Shown here one piece after another: positions 23,601-35,600 of a stretch of 64,000 bases of DNA. The translations under genes were made by a program, and so were the position numbers. Within the stretch, counting starts at the first letter, position 1. Each line of letters opens with the position of its first letter. This DNA is from Candidatus Obscuribacterales bacterium (GTDB lineage Bacteria > Cyanobacteriota > Vampirovibrionia > Obscuribacterales > Obscuribacteraceae). The stretch is taken from contig CBDDIJ010000003.1 in assembly GCA_965228855.1 (NCBI GenBank), forward strand, positions 2,816,001-2,880,000, written 5' to 3'. A model generated the notes under the pieces. The model saw only the letters and a program-made list of their open reading frames with translations, searched no databases and had not been told where the DNA came from.

Positions 23601-26600
23601 GGATCGGAATTAGAGAAACTCGATGAAGGCAAGATGCAGCGCCTGCATAAACTCGAGTCGCTGACGATATACAGGGAAGACATAACCGGATTGAAATCTT
23701 TCCTCGATGGAAGGGAAGCGGCACTGGAGTTGCGAGCAGCAGGTACGGCCGACAGACGAGAAGCATTGTTGAAACAATGGGAAAGTACCGCCGATGGTGC
23801 CGACAAACTTCAGGCGTTGGAACAATACAGAAGCGCCGTCTACGATCTAACGCAAAACAATGTCAGAAGAAGCATATTCGACGTTCTCGAAGACAACACC
23901 GGAAATCGTGATGCTGTCTTTAACGCGATCGAAAATATGTCAGCTTCAGAGCGACATGCCTATGCCACCAATGCTGAGGTAAAGATAACGGTCAACGGAG
24001 AGATCAAGACCGTCAAATTCAAAGACTATCTCGATTCTAAAATCCACGAGGAGTTCACCAGAACGACTGGACGCAATCAATCCAAGAGTACGAACCAGGA
24101 TGCGGTCAAGGCTGCAAAACATCTGCTCGATCAGATTGAACACAATCCTGACCACAAGCCAGAGAAAGATATCGTATTCGAGCTATTCGAGCTGGAAGCC
24201 CGACCTGGAACCACAAGAAAGGACACGATCGAAGCACTGCACAAAGCTTTCAACGGTCCTCATGCCGCAGAACTTCGAGCCCGCCTGGATAACTCGCCAG
24301 GCAACAGCAGCTACGATCCGAAATTTGCGGCGGCCTTCGAAGCAGCCGTCAAGTCATCCTTCCCAATGCCACATACAACTACCGGCGGTCGAGGCAAGGA
24401 TAGCAAACCTAAGTGGAATGCTGAATCTTGGAATGCTCATGTTCAAGAGAAGTACATAGATCCGGTCATCAAGAATGGTCACGTCTCCCTTGAGACGCTA
24501 AGAGAGCTTCACTCCTCTAACGGAGCTGCAGAGGCAATTCTGCAGCTCAACAAAGAATCGCTCGCTCATTTGAAAGCCACTGAAGGAGACAAACTAGAGC
24601 AGTTCTTGAGTGGAGTCTTCAGCGACGACCAACTCACTCTAGTACAAAAAGTACTCGAGCAAGGCGAGGTCCGGGTCGAAGACAAGCTATTCGCGCTGCA
24701 GGCAGGTGTCCTACCCAGAGAGCAACTGAGAGATGTTCTTTCCGAGATCAAATCGCAGACCCAGAGAATGGAAGTCGCCGACGGCTACGCGGAAAAATAT
24801 GGTGGCACAGCCATGCAGGCCATGCTCGACTTCGCACCTCCGAAAGACCAGGGAGCAGTTAGAGCGGCACTCCACTACAGAACGTGGACGAACTTAGATC
24901 ATCAGACCAATATAAGAGACCACATCAACACGGTAAACAACTGGGACAACTGGACCTATGACGGTTCAGACGAGCTCCTCGTCAATTCTGGTATCCAGGC
25001 AGGGGAGAGAATCCAGCAGGCTAACACGGCATATGAAACGTTATCGGAGGCAGAGTTTGCCAGATTAGAAAGCAATGTGTGGAAGGCGGGCGACGCGCAC
25101 ATTCGTTCGCAAGAAGAATTCGCAGAGATGGCTACGGATGGTGCCATCATGGCAGCGGCAGCAGCATTGACTGTATTTTCGGGAGGAACTCTCGGACCTG
25201 TAATGATCGCTTCGTTCACGCTCATGGCTGCAGCGGCCAAGATGGGCGGCAAGGCCATGCTGATGGGAGACAATTACGACGCCACCATGCAGCAGATCCG
25301 TCGAGATCTTGCGATGGGCGCAATCAATGGTTTCACCGCAGTCGTAGGGCCGGGAGAGCTTCTAGCCATGACCCGAATTGGGGGCGCGGCGGCTCAAACG
25401 GCAGCCACCAAAGTTATGACTCATGCGATGTTCGAAGGCATGGAAGCGACGACCAAAGCAGCTATCCAGAAAGAGTTGGCACTGGCTGTGCGAAAAGGTG
25501 TTCAACAGGGAATTCTCTCCGGGGTAGCAGGTCAAGCAGACAACAAGATCATCGAACAGGCATTGAAGAACCTGGTCACCAAAAAGCTTCTCACACCAGA
25601 AATGGCTCTCAAAGCAAGAGGTCTGATACAGACGGAACTAACCAATGCCATCATCAGCAATGGCAAGAGCTTCCTCATGAGAGAAGCCCTGGCTGGAGGA
25701 GCAGCACTGGTCAGTGGAGAAGTCGGCACTGTAGCGATGACCACAACGGACCTGTACTTCCAGGGAAAGCTGACTTTCGAAGGCTTCATGGACGGCTCCA
25801 ACTTCACCGAAGAGAACATGAAGATGTTCCGAGATGCGAGCATTCGCGGCATCGGTGGCGCCCTGACCGGTCACATGGCCGGTCGTGCAAGTGCGCTGGG
25901 AATGGGCGCCGGCAGAATTCAGAAACTGATGGGAGACCAAGCAGCAGGGCTCTACTCTCTCACCAAGGCTGGTGGCATCATGATGACCACCATGACAGCA
26001 ACCAACATATTGACCGAAAATGCCATTGCATCGCTCGACGGAAAAGTCTATGACGGTCAGGGCATGATGACCCAGACACTGATGGCAGGATGGGCCCCAT
26101 TCTTCCAGCAGATGCACGGGATGAAAGAGATGTTCTTGCCGGGACGAGGTCCGTCCTTCGCGCTCGGGTTTGCCCCCCGACAGGCATTCGGTGCTGGCGA
26201 ATCCGTCACCGGAAAACCCACGCACAACCACGCTGCAATCGAATACACGCAACCGAGGCTGCAGGATGCTGACTTCACGGGTCGCGCCGCGGTCATCGAG
26301 GATGGCAACGGGACAATAAAAGGTGGTGGTCTGGTAGAGCTGAAAGGCAAGAACACCAACATTGAAATCAATGCACCAAAAGACGGTGACCCGCTGGTCG
26401 TTGTAGTTGCCGATCCCGAAGCCGCGCGCAATCTCAAGATCCATCCGGACAGTGGTCCGGTGAAGATTGTGGTCCCCGAGGGGTTTGCACTTCCTCCCCA
26501 ATTCGCAGCGGAAGTTTCCAGACGCATGGGAGACAACAGCGCTGAGTACTTCAAACTAGGCGGCGACGGCTCTTTGAACCGTGTAGAAGATCTCGCCCAA

Positions 26601-29600
26601 CCTCTTATAGAAGCGATGGCAGCAAGGAATCCGGAGCTACCGCAGCAATGGAGCGCCAATCGAGATCTGAGTGCAAGTGAAGCACGACAGCTGCGAGAAC
26701 AATATGCTGAGTCTCTAGGTCCGCTCCTGGAACCGAAAATTGCAGAGCAATTCGTGGACACGATGGCGAAGGCTTTGGAAAGCAACGACCCTGCCCTTCG
26801 AAAAGTCGTAGCAGACTTCCAGAAAGCCGACATGGATTATCTGTCGGCGCGAGACGGTTTACTCATCAAAGTAGTCGGAAATGAAGTCAGCACCGATACA
26901 GACTTCTCCGAAGCGGGGTTGATGCGCTTAGCAGCAGGCGATCCTGAGAAGGTTGCTGCAGTTCAGGAATTTGTCAAAGCGAGAGAAGCGAGGGCTGAGG
27001 CTTCTCGTCCGCTAAAAGAGACGATGGATGCGCGCATGGAAGTTGTTCAACAAGCCATCAACGACTTCGCTGCCGAGCACGGAATTCCACCTATCAAGCT
27101 GCAGCGTTATGGAGAGGTTCAGGTAGGCAGCGCAGCTTACAGAGACGGGGAAATAAAGATAAGGAACGAGCATTTACTCGATCCCGCCAAGCTCGTGGAG
27201 GCGACCTTCCACGAACTCACTCACGCGAAGCAAGACAGCGATATACTGCGCTTGATTGCCGATGATCTGGGACTAACCGGCAAGCAGCTCGATGCCGCAG
27301 CCATAGACACGGTGATGGGCGAGTATGCCAAGCGCACCGGGCACGATGGTCCGAGCCCACGACCACCAGCGGCTGACGGTTCGACCAGTCCATCGGATCC
27401 GAGGCAGGTATGGCGGAGCTTCGTCGAGAATGCACTCTCTGAACACAGATCTCCGCTCGATGCCACCACGCGCACAAGAGCGCAAAAAATGGTGGAAGGC
27501 TTCGCAGCCGTAGCCAGAGATCAATCTCGCACGGACGCTCAGATCAACGGTGACTTCAGTGTAGTCAACTCGAAGATGAATCAACTTGATCTTCCTAACG
27601 GAGGTCAAAGACTGCTTGCCGCCCTGAAGAATGCTGACCAGACGTTACTACGACACCTGTTTAACGACGGACAATTGCCTGCCGAAGTTCGGCAGCTTGC
27701 CCAACAGCTCCCTGATGCTACGCGCCTCAACGATCCCTCGCTCGAGCAGAAAGCACAGGAGCTATTGCGCCCGCTGCTGAAGAAGAGAGCTATCGAGCTG
27801 AACGCGGAGAAAGAGCGCAGCTACAACAATTACGTCAGTGCCGCCCACGAGACGGAAGCTCTTCTTGCCGACCAGCTGACAAGATCGCTATCCAGGGCTC
27901 GCTTTAAAGACCAGGGACCAATGCGACTGGGCATGGGTATCGATGCACCGGATGTGGTTGCACGAGATGGCGCTCCTGCGGGCAGGGACTTGGCGCAGGC
28001 AACTGACACTGTCGATTCAGCTCGTAAGAGCTCCGACACAAGGAAAACCGAGATTCTCGGAATACTCAAGGTCGACGACCAGAAACAAGCGATTGAACGC
28101 CTGTTCAAGACACTAGACGATAGGTTAGCGTCAGGAGAAGTGGATCCTTCTACCGCCATCGAGCTACATGACTTGATGTCCAGGGGAGCCAAAGCCGGAC
28201 GGATTATGACGCCCGAAACTCTGGATATGCTCTCGAGGCTCACCAAAGATCAGGCTGGAGAAATTCTCAATTATAGACCTGCCGATCTGATAGAAGTCCT
28301 GAACACTGGTGAGGTGAAACCCGACACCCTAGCTGCACAACTTGCTGATGTCGACACATTCACAAGTACGATGGCGGACGTGAAACGAAACCTGGACATG
28401 GTAACAGCGTCGAAAGCAGAGCGGAACTATAGCCAGGCCGAGCGCGTTAACCGAATCGCTGACGAGCGGCAGAGACAAACACTCTCAGAGCTGTTCCGTT
28501 CTACCGAAATTTCCGAAGCCTGTTTCGAGAAAGTCCTCGACAGACTCTCAGGCAAATCATCTGGTGACCCCAAGTTCGATGCTGCCCTATCACCGGAAAC
28601 AGTGGCACGACTCGCAAGTAGCAATAGCCAAACCGATCACCTCATGCTCAGACATGCGGCATCTCTCACAGATGCCATCTCTAGAGGAGAGCTGCATCGT
28701 CCCCTGGAGACAGTTTCGAGCTTCCTGGAGACGAGCCCCCAGGCGGCAACCTACACCGCGCTACTGGTCAATTCGCCGAATCTCTCCGATGCTCAGGTGA
28801 CTGGACTTTTAAGAGATTTGGCTCATGCAGGTTCGAAAGAGGCGGCGAATACTCTTGTCGTCAGCCACTATGAGCTGAACAACAAGAATCCGAAACTGCA
28901 CCAGAAACTCCTTCAGATAACGGATGCAGATCTGCGGAACAAGCTTACCAATGCAACTGCGTTCGGTCACTTGAGCGAAACCCTTCTGGCAAGAATTACA
29001 GAAGCCCAAGCCAAGAACCCAGAAGTGGGGGGTCTCATAGTAGATCTACTTGCTGATCAGTCGAGAGATACCAACCGAGTCGGCGTGATCGAAAAGATGC
29101 TGGATAGAGGCATCGACGCCACCACCATTCGAAAAGTGAGAGCCGGACTCGCAGAGGGCACGGTCAACCTGAAGAGTGTCGAGGCTATCATATCTGCCGA
29201 CGGAGCTGGCCAAGAACTAGCTATGAGCCTGCTGAGCTCAGGCAAGATAACCGATGGGGCGCTTATCTCAAGAATAGCGAGCGACCGAGACGCTGTTTCG
29301 ATAGCGAGGATTATCGAAGCCGGAAACATTACCGAAGAGCAGTTCAAGAGCCTTCTCAATCTCAAGGGCGATCATGATTTGAGCTTAAGAGCGCTGCTTC
29401 GGGCCGAGGCCGCGTCCCCCGGCACGATGAAGGCTGGCGAGCTGGATACGCTGCTTTCTGATCCTCAGAAAGCTTTCGAACGCTCTCTTCAAGTAGCTCC
29501 GCAGCATCAGAAGAAACCTGCAACCGTTGTCGAACTACAACGCAAGTATCAAGCTCTGAGCAATGAGCTGGCAACGCATCTGGATGCAGATACAAGAGAC

Positions 29601-32600
29601 GCTCTCAACACGCTGGTAAAAGAGGGACTTGGAGAATCAGCACTCAAAGATAGAGATATGCAAGCCAGGTTGCGCCAGATCGAGAAACTTGCAGAAGCGA
29701 CCAAGACAAATCCGGACGCACCACCGAAGATTGTCGCAGAACTCATGGAGCGAGTTCTCGAAAAACGTATGCCATCACTGACGGTGCTGGCGGCGCAGAT
29801 AGATGCATTTATTGCGCGACCAGGCGGAGACCGAGCCCAACAAGGTCTTTCAGAGATACGTCAACACAATCTCGCAACAGCCTCAAACGGACAACCAGGT
29901 GAGATTCATCTGCTGGGAGTTCCCGGTTGGAAGGTTGCTCAACAAGATGGACAGCCGGTTATCGAGAACGGTAAGGTGGTGTTCGAGCATTCGGGAAGGA
30001 TAACAGTAGATCAATCCAAACTCGCTAAATTCGACACGGAAAACCTCTTCAGGCAAGTCTCGAGCGCAGACGGGAAAGTCACTCTAGAGCTTAGAAATCC
30101 AGTACGCGTCGCAATGCATCCGGAAGACGCGATTGTTTCTACTTTGGGCAACTACAACACAGGCCGGGCAAACTGCGTCAACTGCAACAGAGCACTCATG
30201 AAAGCCCTCGGCTCGAAAAACGGTGGGCTAGACCTTCTCATATCGGGCAAAGTACCACCGCCGGAACCACAACCTCCACATAATGTCACTTCGTTCAATT
30301 ACGAGGGAACTGGCGTAGATTCTCAAGGAAGCTACAGCACGCTGACCGTGGAAGACTTCGATAAGCTTCCGACAGGCATGTATAGGGCTCAGACAGTCGA
30401 TGCCTTCCAGGAAGGTGAAAGTCGACTCGAATTCCATACCTTCATGGTCGTGAAGCCCGAGGATGGACCTCCATACGTACTGGACGCGTCGAGCGGCGGT
30501 CGCTATCCCGTCGACCACTATGGCAGCAAGTTGAATCTCGAGCAGCTAAAGCAGAATGAAGTCAACATGCAGTCGAGAACACCGCATGGAGACCTGACGC
30601 CGGAAGCTACTCTACCTCGTAAGTCCGGCGATTTAGCTATGCGGGACGAACAAGGATATGTCCCAAGAGATGGAGATTCGCAAGAGCAAAAGACGAAGTC
30701 GAGACCACCTGGTTTTAATATCCCAGGTGACGATGAGCCAATTCTGAGACGAGAGAATCTAGAATATCTGGTCGATGACGGAGACGCTTACGAAGTCGCA
30801 GATTCTACTGTCAGAGTCGCTGATGGACGCCTACAAGCAACCGGCAAGTCGGAGATTCTTCTCGAAGGGGAGTCACGCGCTGTAGTCAGGGATGAATCGA
30901 GCGCGGTCGCAAAAGATAAGAGTGATGTGACTGCCTCTGGCAATTCCAAGGTGGTTCTCAATGACGAAGCGCAAGGAATTATCACAGGCGAATCTGTTGC
31001 CTATGCTCACGACAAGTCAGAAGCTACGGTATCAGGAAATGGAACAGTCATCGCTGATGGTGACTCAAAAGTTTCGGTATCGCGATTCGGTTTACCAGAG
31101 GACTATCCAACGGTGGAAGTCAGAGACAGAGCCTCCGTTGAGCTTCACCACAGAGCCAAAGTACATGGTGTTGGACAGGAAAGCTCGATAAATGTCGCAA
31201 GTGGAATTGAAAGCGTCGAATTGTTTCTCACCGATGGTCGAGCGGAAATCGGCAATGCTTCGGCAAGTATCGAAGGCAGCGGACAGGTCAAACTGACAGG
31301 TGATGCGGCAGTCGTGCTGAATGTACCGGAGAGACAAACTCTCAAAATAGTGGTAGATAGCGACCATCCGCACATATCTGTCCATCCCGACAGCAAAGGC
31401 ACAGTGGAGATAGTTCTCGCGCCGGGACGAAAACCGCCTGAGGGAATCACTCGAGCATCGGGAGTTCGTGTACTGGATTCGACCGGCAACGAAGTCAGTT
31501 TAAGAAAACATTCAGTCGACTCGACCCGCCCGGTCTTTGACGCGAATGCGCTGGATTCACTTCCGCCTATCGACCGAGCCAACAGACCGGTAATCGGTTT
31601 AGAAACAGATGAAGCAGTCTTACGGACTCTCGAAGGACTTCCCGAAGGCATAACGGAAAAACTTCTTGATGAACCGATCATGATAGTAAGAGCACTCGCA
31701 AACGCGGGAGAAAATAGTAATAGAATTCTCGCAGCGGAGTCGATAGAGCAGTCAGTATCAGCTCCTACACTGAGAGATCTCATAGAGCACCCGGAAAGGT
31801 ATCCCAAAGTCAACCTTGCAAATGCAGTACATGAGCTTGTTGGTCATAGAGCTTTCGATGACTTCCTGTCTAAATCGAATTTGACTGATCAAGAAAAAGC
31901 TGCTCTTGCGAAGATGCACGATGAATATGGTGATGCGAGAGAAAAGGCTCTCGGTCACCAAAATGATGCCCCTTATTTGAAAACACCTGAAGAGGTAGGA
32001 GCAGATCTCATTGCTGCCGAGTCAAGTCTGAGAGTAATCGACAGAAGGATAGAAGAACTCGCGAGACAGGGTGAGGCACCACCTCTGGAGCTACTGCGCC
32101 AGAGACAGCAGATGGAATCCTATAGAGAGCGCATGCTCCAACAGGTCGAAAGGAACCGACTAGACCGTCCGGACCATGCCTTCTTCTACGATAAACTTCA
32201 ACAGTTTATAGAACAGACCTATGAGAGCCGCGATCAAGCTTCTCCGGCTCGCCGTGGAGATAGCGAGACTCTGCGAGAAGATGGTAAGCATAGGTTCCGA
32301 GAAAGAGGAGCTGAAGAGCAAGTTCGTCCGATAGAGGGCGATCTTGAAGCAAGAGAAAGAGAAAAGCAGATTGTCGAAGATGACGATGATGGTGGCATTT
32401 CTTCGAACTACTCGAGATTCGCGGCCGTAGATGTCGAGGGAAATCCTGCGACGATTATCGATAGAACCGATGATGGCAAATTCATCGTAAACCGTCCGAA
32501 GCACGATGGAGACCCTTCACCTACCGGCTTCGAACCGCCTCGAGATCTATACTCAAATCTGCGCTACCGTGAGCTGAAAGTTGCGGAATTAGATGGAACC

Positions 32601-35600
32601 CTGTCTAAAGCTCGCTACTTCCGTGACACTGCCAGTGGTGAGTTCTTCAAGGTGGAGCAAGTTTATGGAGAGCAATACCTCCGGTTTCCGGCAGATGAGA
32701 TCGCAATAGTAGAAGCTAACAGTCTGCGACCGAGACTGGTTTCTGAATCAGTACGAATAAACACCAATCGCCTCAGAATGATTGAGGACATAGCAGACCA
32801 GGTTCCATTTCTACCAGAATTACCAAGACCTCGAATCGAAGAGCTGAGCGCAAGATTGCAACAGCAGGAGTCAGAGGTCGTTCAGACAAGAGGTCTGAAG
32901 CCTGAATTTTCGGGCTTCAGCTACGATGAAATGATCTCGGCATTCGAGAAATCTGGAATTACGAGCTATAGCGACTTCCTGAAAATGGGACTTTCCGATG
33001 AGGTCCCAGAAGCGATGAGCGTCTACACACTCAAGGGTCGCGAAGACTTGAAGATTTACGTATCTGAGTCTTTGAGTGCAGTACATGACAAAATTCGAGA
33101 GCTACGCGCAATCCAAGAGTCAGGCTCACCTGATGATAGCCTGAAAGCAAAATTCCTGCTCAAGCAACCGGAGTACAGGCGTCACGTTCTACCTGAAGAT
33201 CTCATCGCCGACTTCGCTACGTTGCCGGACGGAGGAGCCTCAATCAAGAAGCTTGTCATCTCCGGACAGCCCGACCCCGATAATGCCTGGTTGACCTACC
33301 AGCACAGAGACAAACAGGATCACTTCTTCGTGGCGCGAGCATCAGCCAACATCGACAGTGGAACGATCACGTTCTACGAAGGTTCCGGCGGCAGTCGCAA
33401 ACCGGTTGCCGATACATTGAGACATGAATGGGCCCACGTTCTCGAAGGCCAATCGCCCGAACAACGCAGAGCTCTGGACGCCGCTCTCCGGATAGAAGAG
33501 GAAAACGGCACTCCCTACAAGATGCGGGCGTATGCCAAGTACACCGAGAGTGAAGATTGGGCCGTGCATGTAGGCGAAGTAATGCTGGCCCAGGATTCCG
33601 ACCCATTCTTCGACATGGTCGCAAGCGCACATGGCACGGATTCGCGATACAAACTGCTGCTTATGGCGAATGCCATCGAAGAGTCTATGACTCAAGCCAA
33701 TCTCAAGGGCTTCGAGATGCACGGCGCAGAAGAGATGAAATCCAGACTCAAGTATCTGCGCGATCAGCTTGAACCGGGGGCGAAAGAGCGGCTCTTGGAG
33801 ATTCTTAAGGAGTCAAAGACTACACACATGTCGGCGAGCGATGCCGGCAATCTTCTGCGCGCACTCGCGAAAGAGGGTGATCTGGAAACATTGAAAGCGG
33901 CAGTCTTCGATGTAAAGACTGAAAATGGTCTGACCTCCATTTTCGACGCGATAACAGACATTACCGGGGAGAAAATACCGGAAGAAATACTCGGTCGGAT
34001 GATCGAGAATCGCAGTCCAGCGATGACGGGTGCTCTCCGAAGGATTCTTCTATCAGACGATTACCCACAACTCAAACCATCTGTGCTCGAAGAATTCTAT
34101 AACGGTGCAATACCGCGGGCGGTGGCAGAAGCGAATTCTCCTGGAGCGGACTACATTTTCCACAACTTCATCCTCGACCAGGAAAAACAAGGAAAGGGGA
34201 TAGAAGCGTTGAGAGCCGTGGCAAACGGTCTGGAAGGTCACCCTGAAATGCGTGGAGAGTTCCTTGCAGCCATCGTCTTCGATGAAACCGATGCCCTGGC
34301 AAAAGCAGCGCTGAATATACTCGAGGAATTGCCACCGCTTATTTCGTCCGAGCCACATGTAAGGATCACTCTGGAATCCGAATACCACGAATTCGCGAAA
34401 GACCCTGAAGCTCAAGCTCAGATGCGCAGAATTCTAGATAGAATCGAAGCACTACCCGAATTCAAATCGCGTCAGACCGAGGGAGACTCACCGACGAAAT
34501 CTTCGGATCTCGCAATGCGAGGAGACGATGACTCCGCGGAGCGGCTGCGCCCCGTCGAAGGCGACAAGGTAAAGTGGACACCGACCGAACGAGCACAAGA
34601 TACTGCTCGCTGGGCTAAACAATTCGTCGATAGATTCAATAGCGGAGACTATCAAGAGGCGTATCGGTATCTGCTCGACCATGATGCATATCCATCTACC
34701 ATTGAGGTCAGACTCAAAGACTTCCAGATAAAAGCATCCGAACTGCTTGCGGTATCTACGGACGGTCAATTCAGCGAATCGCTCAGGGATTTCATGCGTG
34801 AAAGTGGACAAGCCGCGAGCTTCAGACCTCAGGGATTCATCAGAGACCACAAAGCCTGGGACTGGGATACCTACTTCATCGATAACCCCAGGACGGTGGT
34901 TGAGCTGAGCAGTGGCACGAAGATTGACTTGATGCATCCTGACACTACTCTCGATGCCAAGCCGCTTACCAGTGAGGCGGACCGAATAGAAATCAGAACA
35001 ATTCTCGAAAGCCCTGCAGCGAAAGAGTTGATGGCGCGACACGCGGTCATTCTCGCCGAAGAAATGGCCCACGTCCGTCAGACTGACAACAATTTGTTCG
35101 TAGTGTCCGAGACCTATTCCCGGATGATGGAAGCCGCGTCAGACCCAGAAAACGCTCTGCGGCTCGAGGTCTTCGACATGCCGGTAAACCGAGATAACTG
35201 GGGCTACAGAGACTTTTTCTCCTTCGAAGAGGAGATTCCCGCCATCTTCGCTGATGCTGGCATGTCGATAGAGCACCTCCGCAAGTACTACAGCAATTAC
35301 GATCACAGAGGACCGCTGCTCGACTTTATCGAACAAACACAAAAATCACAAAGGGATGGTTCTGGTTCTAACGATCTCGCTATGAGGGGTGATCGACCGG
35401 AAGCAAATGATCCGACGAATCGCCGATCCAAACTGACCGAAGAAGATGCTTCCAGAATCAATGACGAAGTCGTATCTGCCCTGATATATGAGCGACAGGC
35501 TGTTGAACAAGACATGTGGGATGAGCTCTACAAAGCTCGCGGCAACAAGCTATCGCCCAAAATGGAGCGAGGAAGACAACAGGCTATAGAGCTATTAGGA

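Noticed and set aside
6047..26120. Functional link between MsrAB and the Met-rich segment of the giant protein
   Set aside because: Proximity only; unrelated genes intervene and no shared regulatory motif was seen.
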